Made by a program: the position numbers and the translations under genes. A DNA stretch of 64,000 nucleotides. Origin: Elusimicrobiota bacterium. GTDB taxonomy: Bacteria; Elusimicrobiota; Elusimicrobia; Elusimicrobiales; UBA9959. Below are positions 9,696-19,712 of the stretch, one piece after another. Every line of letters begins with the position of its first letter. Position 1 is the first letter of the stretch. The stretch lies in the NCBI GenBank assembly GCA_027340875.1, contig DAIENX010000007.1, positions 101,143 through 165,142 of the forward strand, in the 5' to 3' direction. A model generated the notes under the pieces. The model was not told the DNA's origin, ran no database searches, and saw only the letters and a program-made list of their open reading frames with translations.

Positions 9696-10907
9696 ATGCG
9701 TTTTTCCGATCTGAAGAAGCTGAAGGAGGAGTCGGCGACGCCCAGAGCGAGGAAGCTGCCACCCCCTCCGCCGCCGCCCGCCGAAGAAAGGACGGCCTTC
9801 GAGGCGCGCTGCGAGGAACACGCCGAGCCCCCCGAACCGGCACCGGCCGCTCCGGAGAAGCCGCCGGCCCGCGAAGCCGCGCCGCCGGAACCGGCGAAAC
9901 CGCCGGAGCGCCCCACGTCGCAGGAGAAGAAGGCCGGAAAGAAGCCGTACCGCGAGCTGGAGGCCGAGGCCAGGGAGGCGTATTCGCGCCTGCTGCGCCA
10001 GGCCGCCCAGTACCTGAAAGCTTCGGACGAAGAATATACCGAGAAGTACGAATCCATCATCGCGCTGGCTTCCGCGACCGTCAACGCGCTGAGGGAGAAC
10101 CCGGTCCTGCTGGGGCTGACGGCCTACTCCACCGCGGACGACTACCTGCGCGGACATACCGCCAACACCTTCGTGCTCTCCCTGGCGATGGGCATGGAGG
10201 CCGGTCTCGACCAGCAGGAGCTGGGCCTGCTCGGCTTCTGCGCCATGGCCCACGACGCCGGGATGACCAGCTTCTCCGCCCTTTACAACACCCCGGGCCG
10301 GCTGGGAGAGCCGGAACTCGCGGAAATGACGCTGCACGCCGAGGCCGGAGCCGCGAAGCTGGACCGGATAGTGGACCTGGACTACAAGGTCAAGGACCGG
10401 GCCCGCCGCATAGTGCTGCAGGTCCACGAGCGCAGCGACGGATCCGGCTACCCGGACAGGCTTTCCAGCGAGGAGATAGACCCGCTGGCCCAGATCATAG
10501 GAATAGCCGACGCCTACGAGGCAATGTCCCATCAGCGGCCGTGGCGGGACGCGCTCCCGCCGCATGAGGCGGTCAGGGAGCTCATCGAGAAGGAAGGCCG
10601 CGGTTTCAACGCCAGGCCGGTCAAGCTGCTGCTGGCCTGCCTGTCGATGTATCCCCCCGGCTCTCTCATAGTCCTCTCCACCGGCGAGACGGCCCGCGTA
10701 CTGATGCCCAACCGCGGCCTGCTGACCAAACCGCTGGTGGAGATACTGCTGCGCCAGGACCTGACTCCGGCCGAAGGCCAGCTGGCCGACCTGAAGGAGC
10801 ACCCGCTGGTCTCGATAGAACATCCTATCACTCCGTCCGAACTGAAGGGGCGCAACCAGAAATGCGCGGCCAAGGCGGAACTCGCGCGTTGGTGGGTGGA
10901 CTGGTAG
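9696..10907 (+). CDS. HD-GYP domain protein (c-di-GMP phosphodiesterase family) with Pro-rich N-terminus
   Basis: HDAG, HERSDGSGYP, IADAYEAM, YPPGS C-terminal domain. Confidence 0.88.
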   Translation: MRFSDLKKLKEESATPRARKLPPPPPPPAEERTAFEARCEEHAEPPEPAPAAPEKPPAREAAPPEPAKPPERPTSQEKKAGKKPYRELEAEAREAYSRLLRQAAQYLKASDEEYTEKYESIIALASATVNALRENPVLLGLTAYSTADDYLRGHTANTFVLSLAMGMEAGLDQQELGLLGFCAMAHDAGMTSFSALYNTPGRLGEPELAEMTLHAEAGAAKLDRIVDLDYKVKDRARRIVLQVHERSDGSGYPDRLSSEEIDPLAQIIGIADAYEAMSHQRPWRDALPPHEAVRELIEKEGRGFNARPVKLLLACLSMYPPGSLIVLSTGETARVLMPNRGLLTKPLVEILLRQDLTPAEGQLADLKEHPLVSIEHPITPSELKGRNQKCAAKAELARWWVDW

Positions 10908-10914
10908 GCGGACC

Positions 10915-11322
10915 ATGCAGAAGAGACAGCTGCTGCTGATAGAGGACGAAGGCTACGTGATCTCCCGCATACAGGAGATCCTCTCCGCTTTCCCCTACAT
11001 CGAGGTCACGCGCACCGACGACGCCGAGCGGGCCCGCGCGCTGCTCGACGAAAAGCCTTTCGACGTGGTCATCGCCGACGTATATCTGCGCGGCGCCTCC
11101 GGGCTGGAGTTCTCGTTCAAGGCCCTGCAGAAGAACAAGGACGTCTGCGTCATACTGATAACCGGCATAGACAACGCCGACATGGCCGCCAAGGCCGTCA
11201 AGGAAGGAGCTTTCGATTTCGTGATAAAGCCGCCCGGGCTGGAGCGGCTGGCCAGCATGCTCAGGATGCTGGAGCTGGTGAAAGGACTAAGACCGCCGGA
11301 GGACGGCGGCCAGCAGCCCTAG
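10915..11322 (+). CDS. Single-domain response regulator
   Basis: LLIEDE, phosphoacceptor ADVYL, ILITG, FVIKP. Confidence 0.88.
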   Translation: MQKRQLLLIEDEGYVISRIQEILSAFPYIEVTRTDDAERARALLDEKPFDVVIADVYLRGASGLEFSFKALQKNKDVCVILITGIDNADMAAKAVKEGAFDFVIKPPGLERLASMLRMLELVKGLRPPEDGGQQP

Positions 11323-12138
11323 GAAGCGCCTGGCGTAGCTGAAAGCGGAGGCGGAACCGTAGCGGCGCTCCATGAAGCGCCTGTCCGGCACGGCGTACCG
11401 CGCCAGCAGGGACGGGCGCAGCAGCACCGGCAGCAGGTATTCCAGAGCACGAGAACGCCGCAGGGCGGCCCTTTCGAAGAGGGCCGCTTTTATCTTTTCC
11501 GCGCCTCTGGGCCGCAGCTCCTCCAGGGCCCGCTCCGGCACCCGGCACGGCCCCGCGGCCAGACGTCTTACCGCCGGCCATACCGCCGGGCGTATGCCGT
11601 AGAGGTTGGACTTGCGCGAGACCCCGGCCCAGAACTTTTCCCCGTCCCCCGGAGCGCTCATTGCCAGCCGGGCGCAGTCCTCTATGGCGCGCGCGGTGAG
11701 TTCGCCGTGATGCAGCAGCGGATGGACGGCGGCGTGCAGGAAGAGGTCCTCCCTGTTCAGGGCCAGCCCCCCGGGGCCAGGCTCCAGGCCCCAGCTGAAA
11801 AGGCCATCCGTGTCCCTGATATGCCAGAGGCCGGTATGCACGTCTATGACGGCGGGCGGAGCCTCTCCGGCCGAAGGACGGACCCAGGCGTCGGCGCTGT
11901 TGGGCATTGGCCGGTAGCCAAGCTCCCTGAGCGCGCCCTCGAAAGCCTCCAGGTCCGCCGGCCTGACCAGGACGTCAGCGTCCGTCATGCCGCGCTCGCC
12001 CGGCTGGTAGAGCCCCAGCTCCAGCAGCGCCGCGCCTTTCAGCGCGGCCACCTCCACTCCGGCTTTGGCGGCGGCGTCGCGGGCCTCCTCGAAGGCCCCG
12101 AGCAGCAGTATGTCCCTGGCAGCCGAAGTCCGGTCCAT
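11287..12138 (-). CDS. Nucleotidyltransferase family protein (NTP_transf_5-like)
   Basis: LKGAAL, R-x-M-x-DADVLV and IDVH motifs. Confidence 0.8.
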   Translation of the reverse strand: MDRTSAARDILLLGAFEEARDAAAKAGVEVAALKGAALLELGLYQPGERGMTDADVLVRPADLEAFEGALRELGYRPMPNSADAWVRPSAGEAPPAVIDVHTGLWHIRDTDGLFSWGLEPGPGGLALNREDLFLHAAVHPLLHHGELTARAIEDCARLAMSAPGDGEKFWAGVSRKSNLYGIRPAVWPAVRRLAAGPCRVPERALEELRPRGAEKIKAALFERAALRRSRALEYLLPVLLRPSLLARYAVPDRRFMERRYGSASAFSYARRFLGLLAAVLRRS

Positions 12139-12141
12139 CGC

Positions 12142-12459
12142 CTAATCCCAGCGTTCCTTCTTCTCTCCCGTAGGGTGCACCTCGGTAACGGAGTCGAACT
12201 TCACGCCGTAGACTCGGCGGCCCTTGTCCTGCCGCGTCCAGACCACCTCGCCGTGGGCCTCGAGCGCGCCCCGGCCCAGCAGGCGCAGCCTGGCCCTGAG
12301 CTTCTCCCCCTTCCGGAACTCCCTGTCGGAGGAGAAGGCTATGCCGCTGGCCGAGACGTCGGAAAGACGCCCGGTGGCCGTAAGGCGGCCGTCCTCGTCC
12401 AGAAGCTCCACGACCGAATCGTGCCTGTTCCTCTCCGCCCGTCTCTGTTCCCTGCCCAT
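12142..12459 (-). CDS. PilZ domain protein
   Basis: AGGAGG RBS; EQRRAER (RxxxR) and DVSASG (DxSxxG); GEVVW..YGVKF. Confidence 0.9.
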   Translation of the reverse strand: MGREQRRAERNRHDSVVELLDEDGRLTATGRLSDVSASGIAFSSDREFRKGEKLRARLRLLGRGALEAHGEVVWTRQDKGRRVYGVKFDSVTEVHPTGEKKERWD

Positions 12460-12588
12460 GCTTCCTCCTGTCCCAGACCCCGCTCCCATTCTATAATATG
12501 TCGGCCGGCGCGGCGCAGGTCCCGTTATTTTTATAATATAATACAAGTGGGCGCAAGGCGCTCTATCTTGGGGATCCGGGGACGTTTT

Positions 12589-12939
12589 ATGAAGATACTG
12601 GTCGTTGACGACAATCTCTTGACCAGGAGCATGATCAGGGACCTGCTCAGCGAGATGGGCCACGAGGTGGTAGGGGAGGCCGAGAACGGCGATGAGGCCA
12701 TACGGCTGTTCCGCGAGCTCGAGCCGGATCTGACGCTGCTCGACATGATCATGCCCGGCAAGACGGGCCTGGAGACGCTGCAGGAGATAAAGGCGATGGA
12801 CCAGGCTGCCCGGGTGATAATGGTAACGGCCGTGCAGCAGGAATCTCTCAGCACTCAATTACTGACTGCCGGCGCCGCCGCCGTGCTGCACAAGCCGTTC
12901 ATGTACGGCGACCTCGAGGAAGTGCTTAAGACGCTCTGA
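12589..12939 (+). CDS. CheY-like response regulator
   Basis: KILVVDD, VVGEAENG, LDMIMP, IMVTA, HKPF. Confidence 0.9.
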   Translation: MKILVVDDNLLTRSMIRDLLSEMGHEVVGEAENGDEAIRLFRELEPDLTLLDMIMPGKTGLETLQEIKAMDQAARVIMVTAVQQESLSTQLLTAGAAAVLHKPFMYGDLEEVLKTL

Positions 12940-12942
12940 ACC

Positions 12943-13512
12943 ATGCCGCAGAACCCCCCCTTGGACGTGCTGGCGCAGCAGGGCCTGGAGAAATGCCTCT
13001 CCAGGCTGTCGCGCATCTCCACCGGAGAATGGCGGGCTGCGATGGTTTCCGCCGGTCACGGCAAGCCGCGCGACGTGATAGCGCGCTACGCCGCCGCCGG
13101 CGCGCACGCCGTCTTCCTCCGCCTTACCGACATCCCCGTATATTCCATCATGCTGGTCAGCCCCGGCGACATCGAATGCGTCTCCCGCGGCTTCACCGGC
13201 CATTCCTTCCCGCGGTCGGAGAAGACCTCGCTGGCGGAAGAGATCATGCTGACCGAGCTGGGCAACATCATGCTCAACTCGCTGGTGAACTCCCTGCTCA
13301 ACGCCGTCAACAGGAGCGCGATGCCGGACCTGCCCGAGTTCATCGAAGGCGGGTACGGCGACATAGAGAAAGCCCTCGCCGCCAAGCTGCCGCTGGACAA
13401 GCCCTGCCGACTGATCTCCGCCGCCGTCAGCCTTCGCTGCGAGGGCCTGGCTTCCTGGACCATGCACGCCTTCGTCCCCGAAGAGCTGGCGGCCCAGATA
13501 GAGCGCCCCTAA
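12943..13512 (+). CDS. CheC-like phosphatase family protein
   Basis: TELGNI (ExxN) motif; immediately follows the CheY-like gene. Confidence 0.65.
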   Translation: MPQNPPLDVLAQQGLEKCLSRLSRISTGEWRAAMVSAGHGKPRDVIARYAAAGAHAVFLRLTDIPVYSIMLVSPGDIECVSRGFTGHSFPRSEKTSLAEEIMLTELGNIMLNSLVNSLLNAVNRSAMPDLPEFIEGGYGDIEKALAAKLPLDKPCRLISAAVSLRCEGLASWTMHAFVPEELAAQIERP

Positions 13513-13554
13513 GGCCGGCCGGACGCCTCGCGCGCCGTACCGCCGCCTCCATTT

Positions 13555-14853
13555 ATGCATAAACTTTACTACCCGGAAGACAAGCTCCCGCTTTCGCGCC
13601 TCGTGCCAATGGGTATGCAGCACGTGGTCGCGATGTTCGGCGCCACGGTGCTGGCCCCGATACTGATGGGGTTCAACCCGCAGACGGCCATCTTTTTCTC
13701 CGGTGTCGGCACGCTGATCTTCATAGCGGCCACCCGCGCCAAGGTCCCGAGCTACCTCGGCTCCTCCTTCGCTTTTATAGGTCCGGTGCTGGCCGTGACC
13801 GGCGGCAGCCCGGCCAACATCCCCTACGCGCTCTCCGGCATAGCCGCGGCCGCGGTGCTCTACGCTGCGGCCGCGGCCGTCACGATGCGCTGGGGCTCCT
13901 CCTGGATAGACAGGTTGATGCCGCCAATAGTCACCGGCGCGGTGGTGGCCATCATCGGCCTGAACCTTTCCTCGTCGGCGGTCTCCAACTTCATAAACAG
14001 CGACTTCGTTCTCGGCGGCCGGGCCGACGCGCTGAACCTGCTGGTCGCCGCCGTGACCTTCGCCGTGGCGGCCGCGGTCTCGCTGTACCTGCGCGGCTTC
14101 CTGCGCCTGCTGCCGATACTGACCGGCGTGGTGGCCGGCTACGCCCTCGCCTTCTTCCTCGGCCTGATAGGCCTGGAGCAGCTGGCCGCCGTGCGTTCCG
14201 CGCCGTGGCTGGGCCTGCCGCCCTTCACCGCGCCGGTGTTCAGCTGGCAGGCCGTGCTGGTGATAGCCCCTGTCTTCGTGGTGCTGGTGGCCGAGAACAA
14301 GGGCCACCTCGAGGCCATAGGCGGCTACATGAAGCGCGACATGAACAAACACCTGGGCCGCGCCTACCTCGGCGACGCGCTGGCGTCGTTCGTGTCCGCC
14401 ATGGGCGGCGGCACGCCGCAGACCACCTACGCCGAGAACATGGGCGTGATGGCCATCACGCGCGTCTTCAGCGTCTACAATTTCATCGCCGCGGCCTGCA
14501 TAGCCCTGCTGCTCGGGCTCTGCCCTAAGTTCGGCGCGGTGATACAGTCCATCCCGGCGCCGGTGCTGGGCGGCGTGACCGTGATACTGTACGGCCTGAT
14601 AGCGCTGATGGGCGTTAAGATCTGGCTGGACGCCAAGGTGGACTTCTGCTCGCACAAGAACCTGATAATAGCGGGCTCCTCCATCATCCTCGCCACCGGC
14701 CTCGGCGTGAAGGGTTTCACCGTGGCCGGGATAAATATAGCCGGCATAGCCTTCGGCACCGTGCTGGCCGTGCTGCTGCACCTGCTGTTCTCGTTCGGCG
14801 GCGAGGACCCGCAGGACGACGCCGCATGCGACTGCTCCCCGGAGGTGAAATAG
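13555..14853 (+). CDS. NCS2 uracil/xanthine permease
   Basis: QHVVAMFGAT, PSYLGSSFAF, TTYAENMG signature, many TM helices. Confidence 0.92.
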   Translation: MHKLYYPEDKLPLSRLVPMGMQHVVAMFGATVLAPILMGFNPQTAIFFSGVGTLIFIAATRAKVPSYLGSSFAFIGPVLAVTGGSPANIPYALSGIAAAAVLYAAAAAVTMRWGSSWIDRLMPPIVTGAVVAIIGLNLSSSAVSNFINSDFVLGGRADALNLLVAAVTFAVAAAVSLYLRGFLRLLPILTGVVAGYALAFFLGLIGLEQLAAVRSAPWLGLPPFTAPVFSWQAVLVIAPVFVVLVAENKGHLEAIGGYMKRDMNKHLGRAYLGDALASFVSAMGGGTPQTTYAENMGVMAITRVFSVYNFIAAACIALLLGLCPKFGAVIQSIPAPVLGGVTVILYGLIALMGVKIWLDAKVDFCSHKNLIIAGSSIILATGLGVKGFTVAGINIAGIAFGTVLAVLLHLLFSFGGEDPQDDAACDCSPEVK

Positions 14854-14854
14854 C

Positions 14855-16228
14855 ATGCCGTCAGGCTTCTTCTCGCTCTACCGTCCCGCCCCGTTCGCCA
14901 AGCCGCTCCCGGAAAACGAAGTCCCCGGCGCCTACCGCCGCCTGCGCTGGCAGGTGATGCTGTCGATCTTCGCCGGCTATACTTTCTTCTACTTCGTCCG
15001 CAACAGCTTCTCGCTGGCCAAACCCTACCTGATAAAGCTTTATGGCATGAGCAAGGGCGACGTCGGCTTCATCGCCACCGGCCTCGCGGTGGCCTACGGC
15101 CTGAGCAAGTTCATAATGGGCAACGTCTCGGACCGCTCCAACCCGCGCTATTTCATGGCCACCGGGCTGCTGGCCTCCGGCCTGGTCAACCTGATCTTCC
15201 CCAGCTTCGCCGGTTCGGTGACGGTTATGTTCGCGCTGTGGTTCGTCAACGGCTGGGCGCAGGGCATGGGCTGGCCCCCCTGCGCGCGCACGCTGACGCA
15301 CTGGTTCAGCGACGGGGAGCGCGGCAGGATCTTCGCCGTCTGGAACCTGGCGCACAACCTGGGCGGCGGGCTGGTGGGCCCCATAGTGAACGGCGCGCTG
15401 GCGCTGGCGGCCGTCATGGCGGCAGGGGCCGCTCTCGGCGGCGGCCTCACGCTGAAGCTGGTCTTCTACGTGCCGGCGCTGCTGGCCATAGGCATGGGCC
15501 TGCTGCTGCTTGTTTTCCTGCGCGACACGCCGCAGTCCTGCGGCCTGCCCTCCATAGAGGATCACAAGAACGACCACCCCGACACCGGCGTGGCCGATCC
15601 GGAGAAGGAGCTGACCGCGCGGGAGATCCTCTTCAATTTCGTCCTGAACAACAAGCCGCTGTGGATAATAGCCGTGGCCAACATCTTCATCTACGTCGTG
15701 CGCTACGGCGTGCTCAACTGGGCGCCCACTTATCTCACCACCGTAAAAGCCTGCCCGGCCGACACCTCGCGCTGGCTGTTCTTCCTCTATGAAGTGGCGG
15801 GCATACCCGGGACGCTGCTGGCCGGCTGGGCGTCGGACCGTCTCTTCGGCGGCCGCCGCAGCCCGGTCTCGTTCATCTTCATGGTGCTGGTCACAGCCGC
15901 CGTCTGGGTGTACTGGAAGAACCCGGCCGGGCATTTCCTGGTGGACTCGGCCTGCCTGTTCACCATCGGCTTCCTGATCTACGGGCCCGTGATGCTGATA
16001 GGCGTAAGCGCGGTGGACCTGGTGCCCAAGAAGGCCGCCGGCACCGCGGCCGGTTTCACCGGCTTCTTCGGCTATGTCTTCGGCGCCGTCATCGCCGAGC
16101 TGGGGCTCGGGAAGATAGTGGACCGCTGGGGCTGGGACGGCGGCTTCGCGCTGCTGCTGGCCGCCTGCGTCATCTCTATGGCGCTGTTCGCGGCCACCTG
16201 GAAGATGCACCACAAGGCGGACAGGTAG
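14855..16228 (+). CDS. glpT: MFS glycerol-3-phosphate transporter (GlpT/UhpC family)
   Basis: SDRSNPR, QGMGWPPC, WNLAHNLGGG, RDTPQSCGLP, VPKKAAGTAAGFTG. Confidence 0.85.
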   Translation: MPSGFFSLYRPAPFAKPLPENEVPGAYRRLRWQVMLSIFAGYTFFYFVRNSFSLAKPYLIKLYGMSKGDVGFIATGLAVAYGLSKFIMGNVSDRSNPRYFMATGLLASGLVNLIFPSFAGSVTVMFALWFVNGWAQGMGWPPCARTLTHWFSDGERGRIFAVWNLAHNLGGGLVGPIVNGALALAAVMAAGAALGGGLTLKLVFYVPALLAIGMGLLLLVFLRDTPQSCGLPSIEDHKNDHPDTGVADPEKELTAREILFNFVLNNKPLWIIAVANIFIYVVRYGVLNWAPTYLTTVKACPADTSRWLFFLYEVAGIPGTLLAGWASDRLFGGRRSPVSFIFMVLVTAAVWVYWKNPAGHFLVDSACLFTIGFLIYGPVMLIGVSAVDLVPKKAAGTAAGFTGFFGYVFGAVIAELGLGKIVDRWGWDGGFALLLAACVISMALFAATWKMHHKADR

Positions 16229-16230
16229 CC

Positions 16231-16968
16231 ATGACCCACCTGCTGCTCTGCTGCGCGGCGGCGCTGCTCTCCGCGCTCCCCGCCGCGGCTGCCGGGCAGG
16301 CCGCCGTACATTTCAAAACGTCCGACGGCTGCTCCCTAGAGGCTTTTTACCTGGCCCCCTCCAGCGGCGCTTACGTTTTCGTCAACGTGCACGGCCTCGG
16401 CTCCGACAAGAACGAATGGGCCCCGTTCCAGAAGGAACTGGAGAAACGGGGCATTGGCTATTTGTCGCTGGACCTGCGGGGCCACGGGAAGAGCAGGGCT
16501 TGCCGGGGAAAGGCCGCCGACTACAGGAATTTCTCGGCTGAGGATTGGGCGGCCGCTTCCAAGGATATCGAGGCGGCCTCCGCCTGGCTTGAGAAAAAAG
16601 GCCTGCCGGCCGGCCGCCAGATATTCTGCGGCGCCAGCGTAGGCGCCAACCTGGCGTTGAAAGCCGCGGCCGAGGGAAAGACGAAGCCTGCGGCGCTGGT
16701 GCTGCTGTCGGCGGGGCTGGAGTACGCCGGCGTCAGGGCCGACGCTTATCTGCCGCGCGCGCCGAAGCGCGTGCTGCTGCTGGCCTCCGAGAACGATCCC
16801 TACGCCTGGCGCAGCGCGCTGCTGTTCAGCGAGCGGGCCGGCGGATACGGGCTGAAGCTTTCCGCGCTGGACGGCGGCGCCGGACACGGCGTGAACATGT
16901 TCAAGACCCCGGGGGTCGCGGAAAAGGTCATAGACTGGGCCAAGAGCACGGAGACCGCGCAACGATGA
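16231..16968 (+). CDS. Exported alpha/beta hydrolase
   Basis: Signal peptide, VHG, DLRGHG, GASVG nucleophile elbow, D and GHG. Confidence 0.85.
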   Translation: MTHLLLCCAAALLSALPAAAAGQAAVHFKTSDGCSLEAFYLAPSSGAYVFVNVHGLGSDKNEWAPFQKELEKRGIGYLSLDLRGHGKSRACRGKAADYRNFSAEDWAAASKDIEAASAWLEKKGLPAGRQIFCGASVGANLALKAAAEGKTKPAALVLLSAGLEYAGVRADAYLPRAPKRVLLLASENDPYAWRSALLFSERAGGYGLKLSALDGGAGHGVNMFKTPGVAEKVIDWAKSTETAQR

Positions 16969-17822
16969 AAGAGAACAAGCACATAGGTAGGGACCTTGAG
17001 GACCCGGAGCGTCGCTTCGACCGCCTGACCCGCCTGGTGGGGCCGGAGGCGCTGCAGAAGCTGCGCCGCTCCCACGTGATGGTGATCGGGCTGGGGGGCG
17101 TAGGCTCCTGGGCCGCAGAGGGCGTGACGCGCTCCGCCGTCGGCCGCGTCACGGTGATAGATTTCGACACCGTCTGCATCAGGAACTTCAACAGGCAGCT
17201 CCAGGCCCTGAGCGGCACCGTGGGCAGGGAGAAGGCCCCGCTCCTGGCCGAGCGCCTGCGCCTGGTAAACCCGGAGGCCAGGATAGACGCCATAACCAAG
17301 CCTTTCAGCGAGGAGACCTGCGGGGAGCTGATGCTGGAGCGGCCGGACTTCGTGATAGACGCCATCGACCACATCACCTCCAAGTGCTACCTGATAAACT
17401 ACTGCCGCGAGCGCGGCATACCGCTGATAGTTTCCACCGGCTCCGGCGGCCGCTTCGACCCCACGAAGGTGCGCGTGACGGACCTGGGGCTCACCGAGCT
17501 GGATCCACTGGCCCGCGCCGTGCGCAAGATCCTGCGCGACAAGTACTCCTTCCCCAGGAAGGGGAAGTTCGGAGTGAGGGCCGTCTGCACGATAGAGCCG
17601 CCGCGCCGACCGCACGAAGGCGTGGAACTGTCCGACTGCAAGGCCGGCTGCCTCTGCCCGCAGGGCGAGAACCCGTTCCAGTGCTGCACCAAGAAGAGCG
17701 TGGTGCTGGGCACGGCCTGTTTCCTAACCTCGGTGTTCGGGATGACCTGCGCCGCGGAAGCGGTCAGGCATATCTGCGAGGGTCCGGCCAAGCCGGAGCC
17801 CCCGGCCTCTCACCTGGTCTAG
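16965..17822 (+). CDS. tcdA: tRNA threonylcarbamoyladenosine dehydratase (ThiF family)
   Basis: GLGGVGSWAAE, NFNRQL, IDAID, DPLARAVRK. Confidence 0.85.
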   Translation: MKENKHIGRDLEDPERRFDRLTRLVGPEALQKLRRSHVMVIGLGGVGSWAAEGVTRSAVGRVTVIDFDTVCIRNFNRQLQALSGTVGREKAPLLAERLRLVNPEARIDAITKPFSEETCGELMLERPDFVIDAIDHITSKCYLINYCRERGIPLIVSTGSGGRFDPTKVRVTDLGLTELDPLARAVRKILRDKYSFPRKGKFGVRAVCTIEPPRRPHEGVELSDCKAGCLCPQGENPFQCCTKKSVVLGTACFLTSVFGMTCAAEAVRHICEGPAKPEPPASHLV

Positions 17823-17826
17823 AAGT

Positions 17827-18570
17827 TCAGCGCTTTCCGGAAAGGAACCTGGCGGCATTGGCGACGGAGAGTTCCGCCATGTCTTCGGCGGAGCGCCCCA
17901 GTACCGCGGCCGATATCTCCACCACCTCCGCCACCCCGGCCGGCCCCGACCGCCAGCCGGGAGCGTCGCCTTCCGGAGACTCGGTCTCGAAGAGCAGCCT
18001 CTCGGGCGGCACCGCCGCCAGGGCCGCCTTCAGCTTCTCTCGCCTGGGGTCCTTCAGCTCCCCGCCGAAGGAAAAATACCCGCCGAGCTCCGCGAAGGCC
18101 TTCACAATCTCTGGCGAGCCCCCGTAGGCGTGCAGCATGAAACACGACAGCCCGGCAGCGCTCAGCAGCTCCAGCAACCGCCCCCAGCTTTTGACGCAGT
18201 GGATCACCGCCGGGCGGCCGAACTGTCGGGCCAGCTCCAGCTGGGCCAGGAAGTCCCTCTCCTGCCCAGCCGCGCCCTTCGCCCCGTCCAGGCCTATTTC
18301 TCCCACGCAGGCGGCCGGCACCCTGCGCAGGAACTCCTCCAGGCGGTACTGCCAGCCATCCTCGGCGCTGAACCACGGGTGGAGGCCGAAGGCCGGGACC
18401 ACTCCCGGATATCTGCCGGACAGCTCGAGCACCTTGCCCCAGTCCTCCGGGCTGGTGCCGCAGCAGAGCATGCCGGCAACGCCCGCCGAGGAGGCCGCCG
18501 CCATGGCCGCGGCCTCCTCGGCGTCGGCGGCGTAGTTCTGCAGGTGGTTGTGGGCGTCGAAGTACTTCAT
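17827..18570 (-). CDS. TatD family hydrolase
   Basis: DAHNHL, GLHPW, VGEIGLD, VIHC, LFETES. Confidence 0.9.
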   Translation of the reverse strand: MKYFDAHNHLQNYAADAEEAAAMAAASSAGVAGMLCCGTSPEDWGKVLELSGRYPGVVPAFGLHPWFSAEDGWQYRLEEFLRRVPAACVGEIGLDGAKGAAGQERDFLAQLELARQFGRPAVIHCVKSWGRLLELLSAAGLSCFMLHAYGGSPEIVKAFAELGGYFSFGGELKDPRREKLKAALAAVPPERLLFETESPEGDAPGWRSGPAGVAEVVEISAAVLGRSAEDMAELSVANAARFLSGKR

Positions 18571-19712
18571 TTCTTCCCCTGCTTCGTATAGCCGAAGTAC
18601 ATATTGATCTTTCCGGATATGCCGGGGGCGGGCTTGAAGGAATGCTCCCTGGGGTATTCCATCGCCGGACTGATCTCGCCGAACATCCAGCCGTTGTAAA
18701 GGTTGCGCCGGTAGGCCAGCACCACGGCGTAGAGCTCGGCCCTGTTGTACGGCACCGTGACCGAATGCAGCTGCAGGGCCAGTCCGACGGAATCCAGCCT
18801 GCCCACCTGCTTCACCACGGCCACCGACTCGAAGATGTCGATCTTCCTGGCCAGCGTGGTCTTCTCCGCGCTGGAGTTTATCGAGAGGGTCGCCCTCCTG
18901 GGAAGGGCGCGGGAGAAATAAACGCCTCCGGAAAGTTCCAGCCACGGGTCGGAGAACCAGCCGGCCTGCGTGAACACTATCGAGCGCCAGGCGCCCCAGA
19001 AATCGGCCTGCGCGCCAACCCGGAACTTGGCGAAGATCCTGTAGATCCGGCTTCTGGAGAGCATGAGCCTGCTACCCACGTGCAGGTCCTGCCTGAAGTG
19101 GCGGCCGGAGAACAGGCTGTACTTGCCGCCCAGCGTAGTGCCCTCGGAAGGGGTCTGGCCGCGCGCTATGCGCTCCTCGGAGGCCGACACAGAACCGTCC
19201 TCCGCCGGGGCGTGCTCTATGATCAGCTTGAGCCTGTGCAGGGTACTGGGCATATCTATGCGCATGTCTGCCCGCGGCTCGTTCTTCAGCGGCATGTAGC
19301 GCCCCACCACCGACCTAAAGCTCAGATTCATGGAGGTTTTGTTAGCGGAAGTCGCCTCCTGGCCGGAGATCAGTTTGTCTATGCCGGTGAAAAGGGAATT
19401 GAAGATCGACAGCCCCGGGCTGACCTCGTCGAGGAACAGCACCGGCCGGTGCGTATCGCTGGAAAGCTCAACTTCCGCCGGGACGGTGGAAACTTCGAGT
19501 CCGGACGGCGCTCCCGAAGAAAGCGCCGGCGCCGCCGGCGCCGGAAGGTCCTCCAGCCCGGCGCCAGACACGGAGACGGTGGAGATCTCCGCGGTCGAAG
19601 CGGCGTCTCCGGGAAAGGCCTCGTCCCGGGCCCTCGCCGGTCCGGGCAGGACGGCGGCCAGCAGCGCGGTCAGCGCTAAGAGCGTCGCATGGTTAGGGCG
19701 GGATCCTTTCAT
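18567..19712 (-). CDS. Exported hypothetical protein, probable outer-membrane beta-barrel
   Basis: Signal peptide; amphipathic beta-strand pattern in the C-terminal half; coupled to glmS and tatD. Confidence 0.6.
   Translation of the reverse strand: MKGSRPNHATLLALTALLAAVLPGPARARDEAFPGDAASTAEISTVSVSGAGLEDLPAPAAPALSSGAPSGLEVSTVPAEVELSSDTHRPVLFLDEVSPGLSIFNSLFTGIDKLISGQEATSANKTSMNLSFRSVVGRYMPLKNEPRADMRIDMPSTLHRLKLIIEHAPAEDGSVSASEERIARGQTPSEGTTLGGKYSLFSGRHFRQDLHVGSRLMLSRSRIYRIFAKFRVGAQADFWGAWRSIVFTQAGWFSDPWLELSGGVYFSRALPRRATLSINSSAEKTTLARKIDIFESVAVVKQVGRLDSVGLALQLHSVTVPYNRAELYAVVLAYRRNLYNGWMFGEISPAMEYPREHSFKPAPGISGKINMYFGYTKQGKK

Noticed and set aside
17630-17700. Cys-rich loop in TcdA (CKAGCLCP..QCC)
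   Set aside because: Cys-rich C-terminal segments occur in many TcdA/CsdL homologues.
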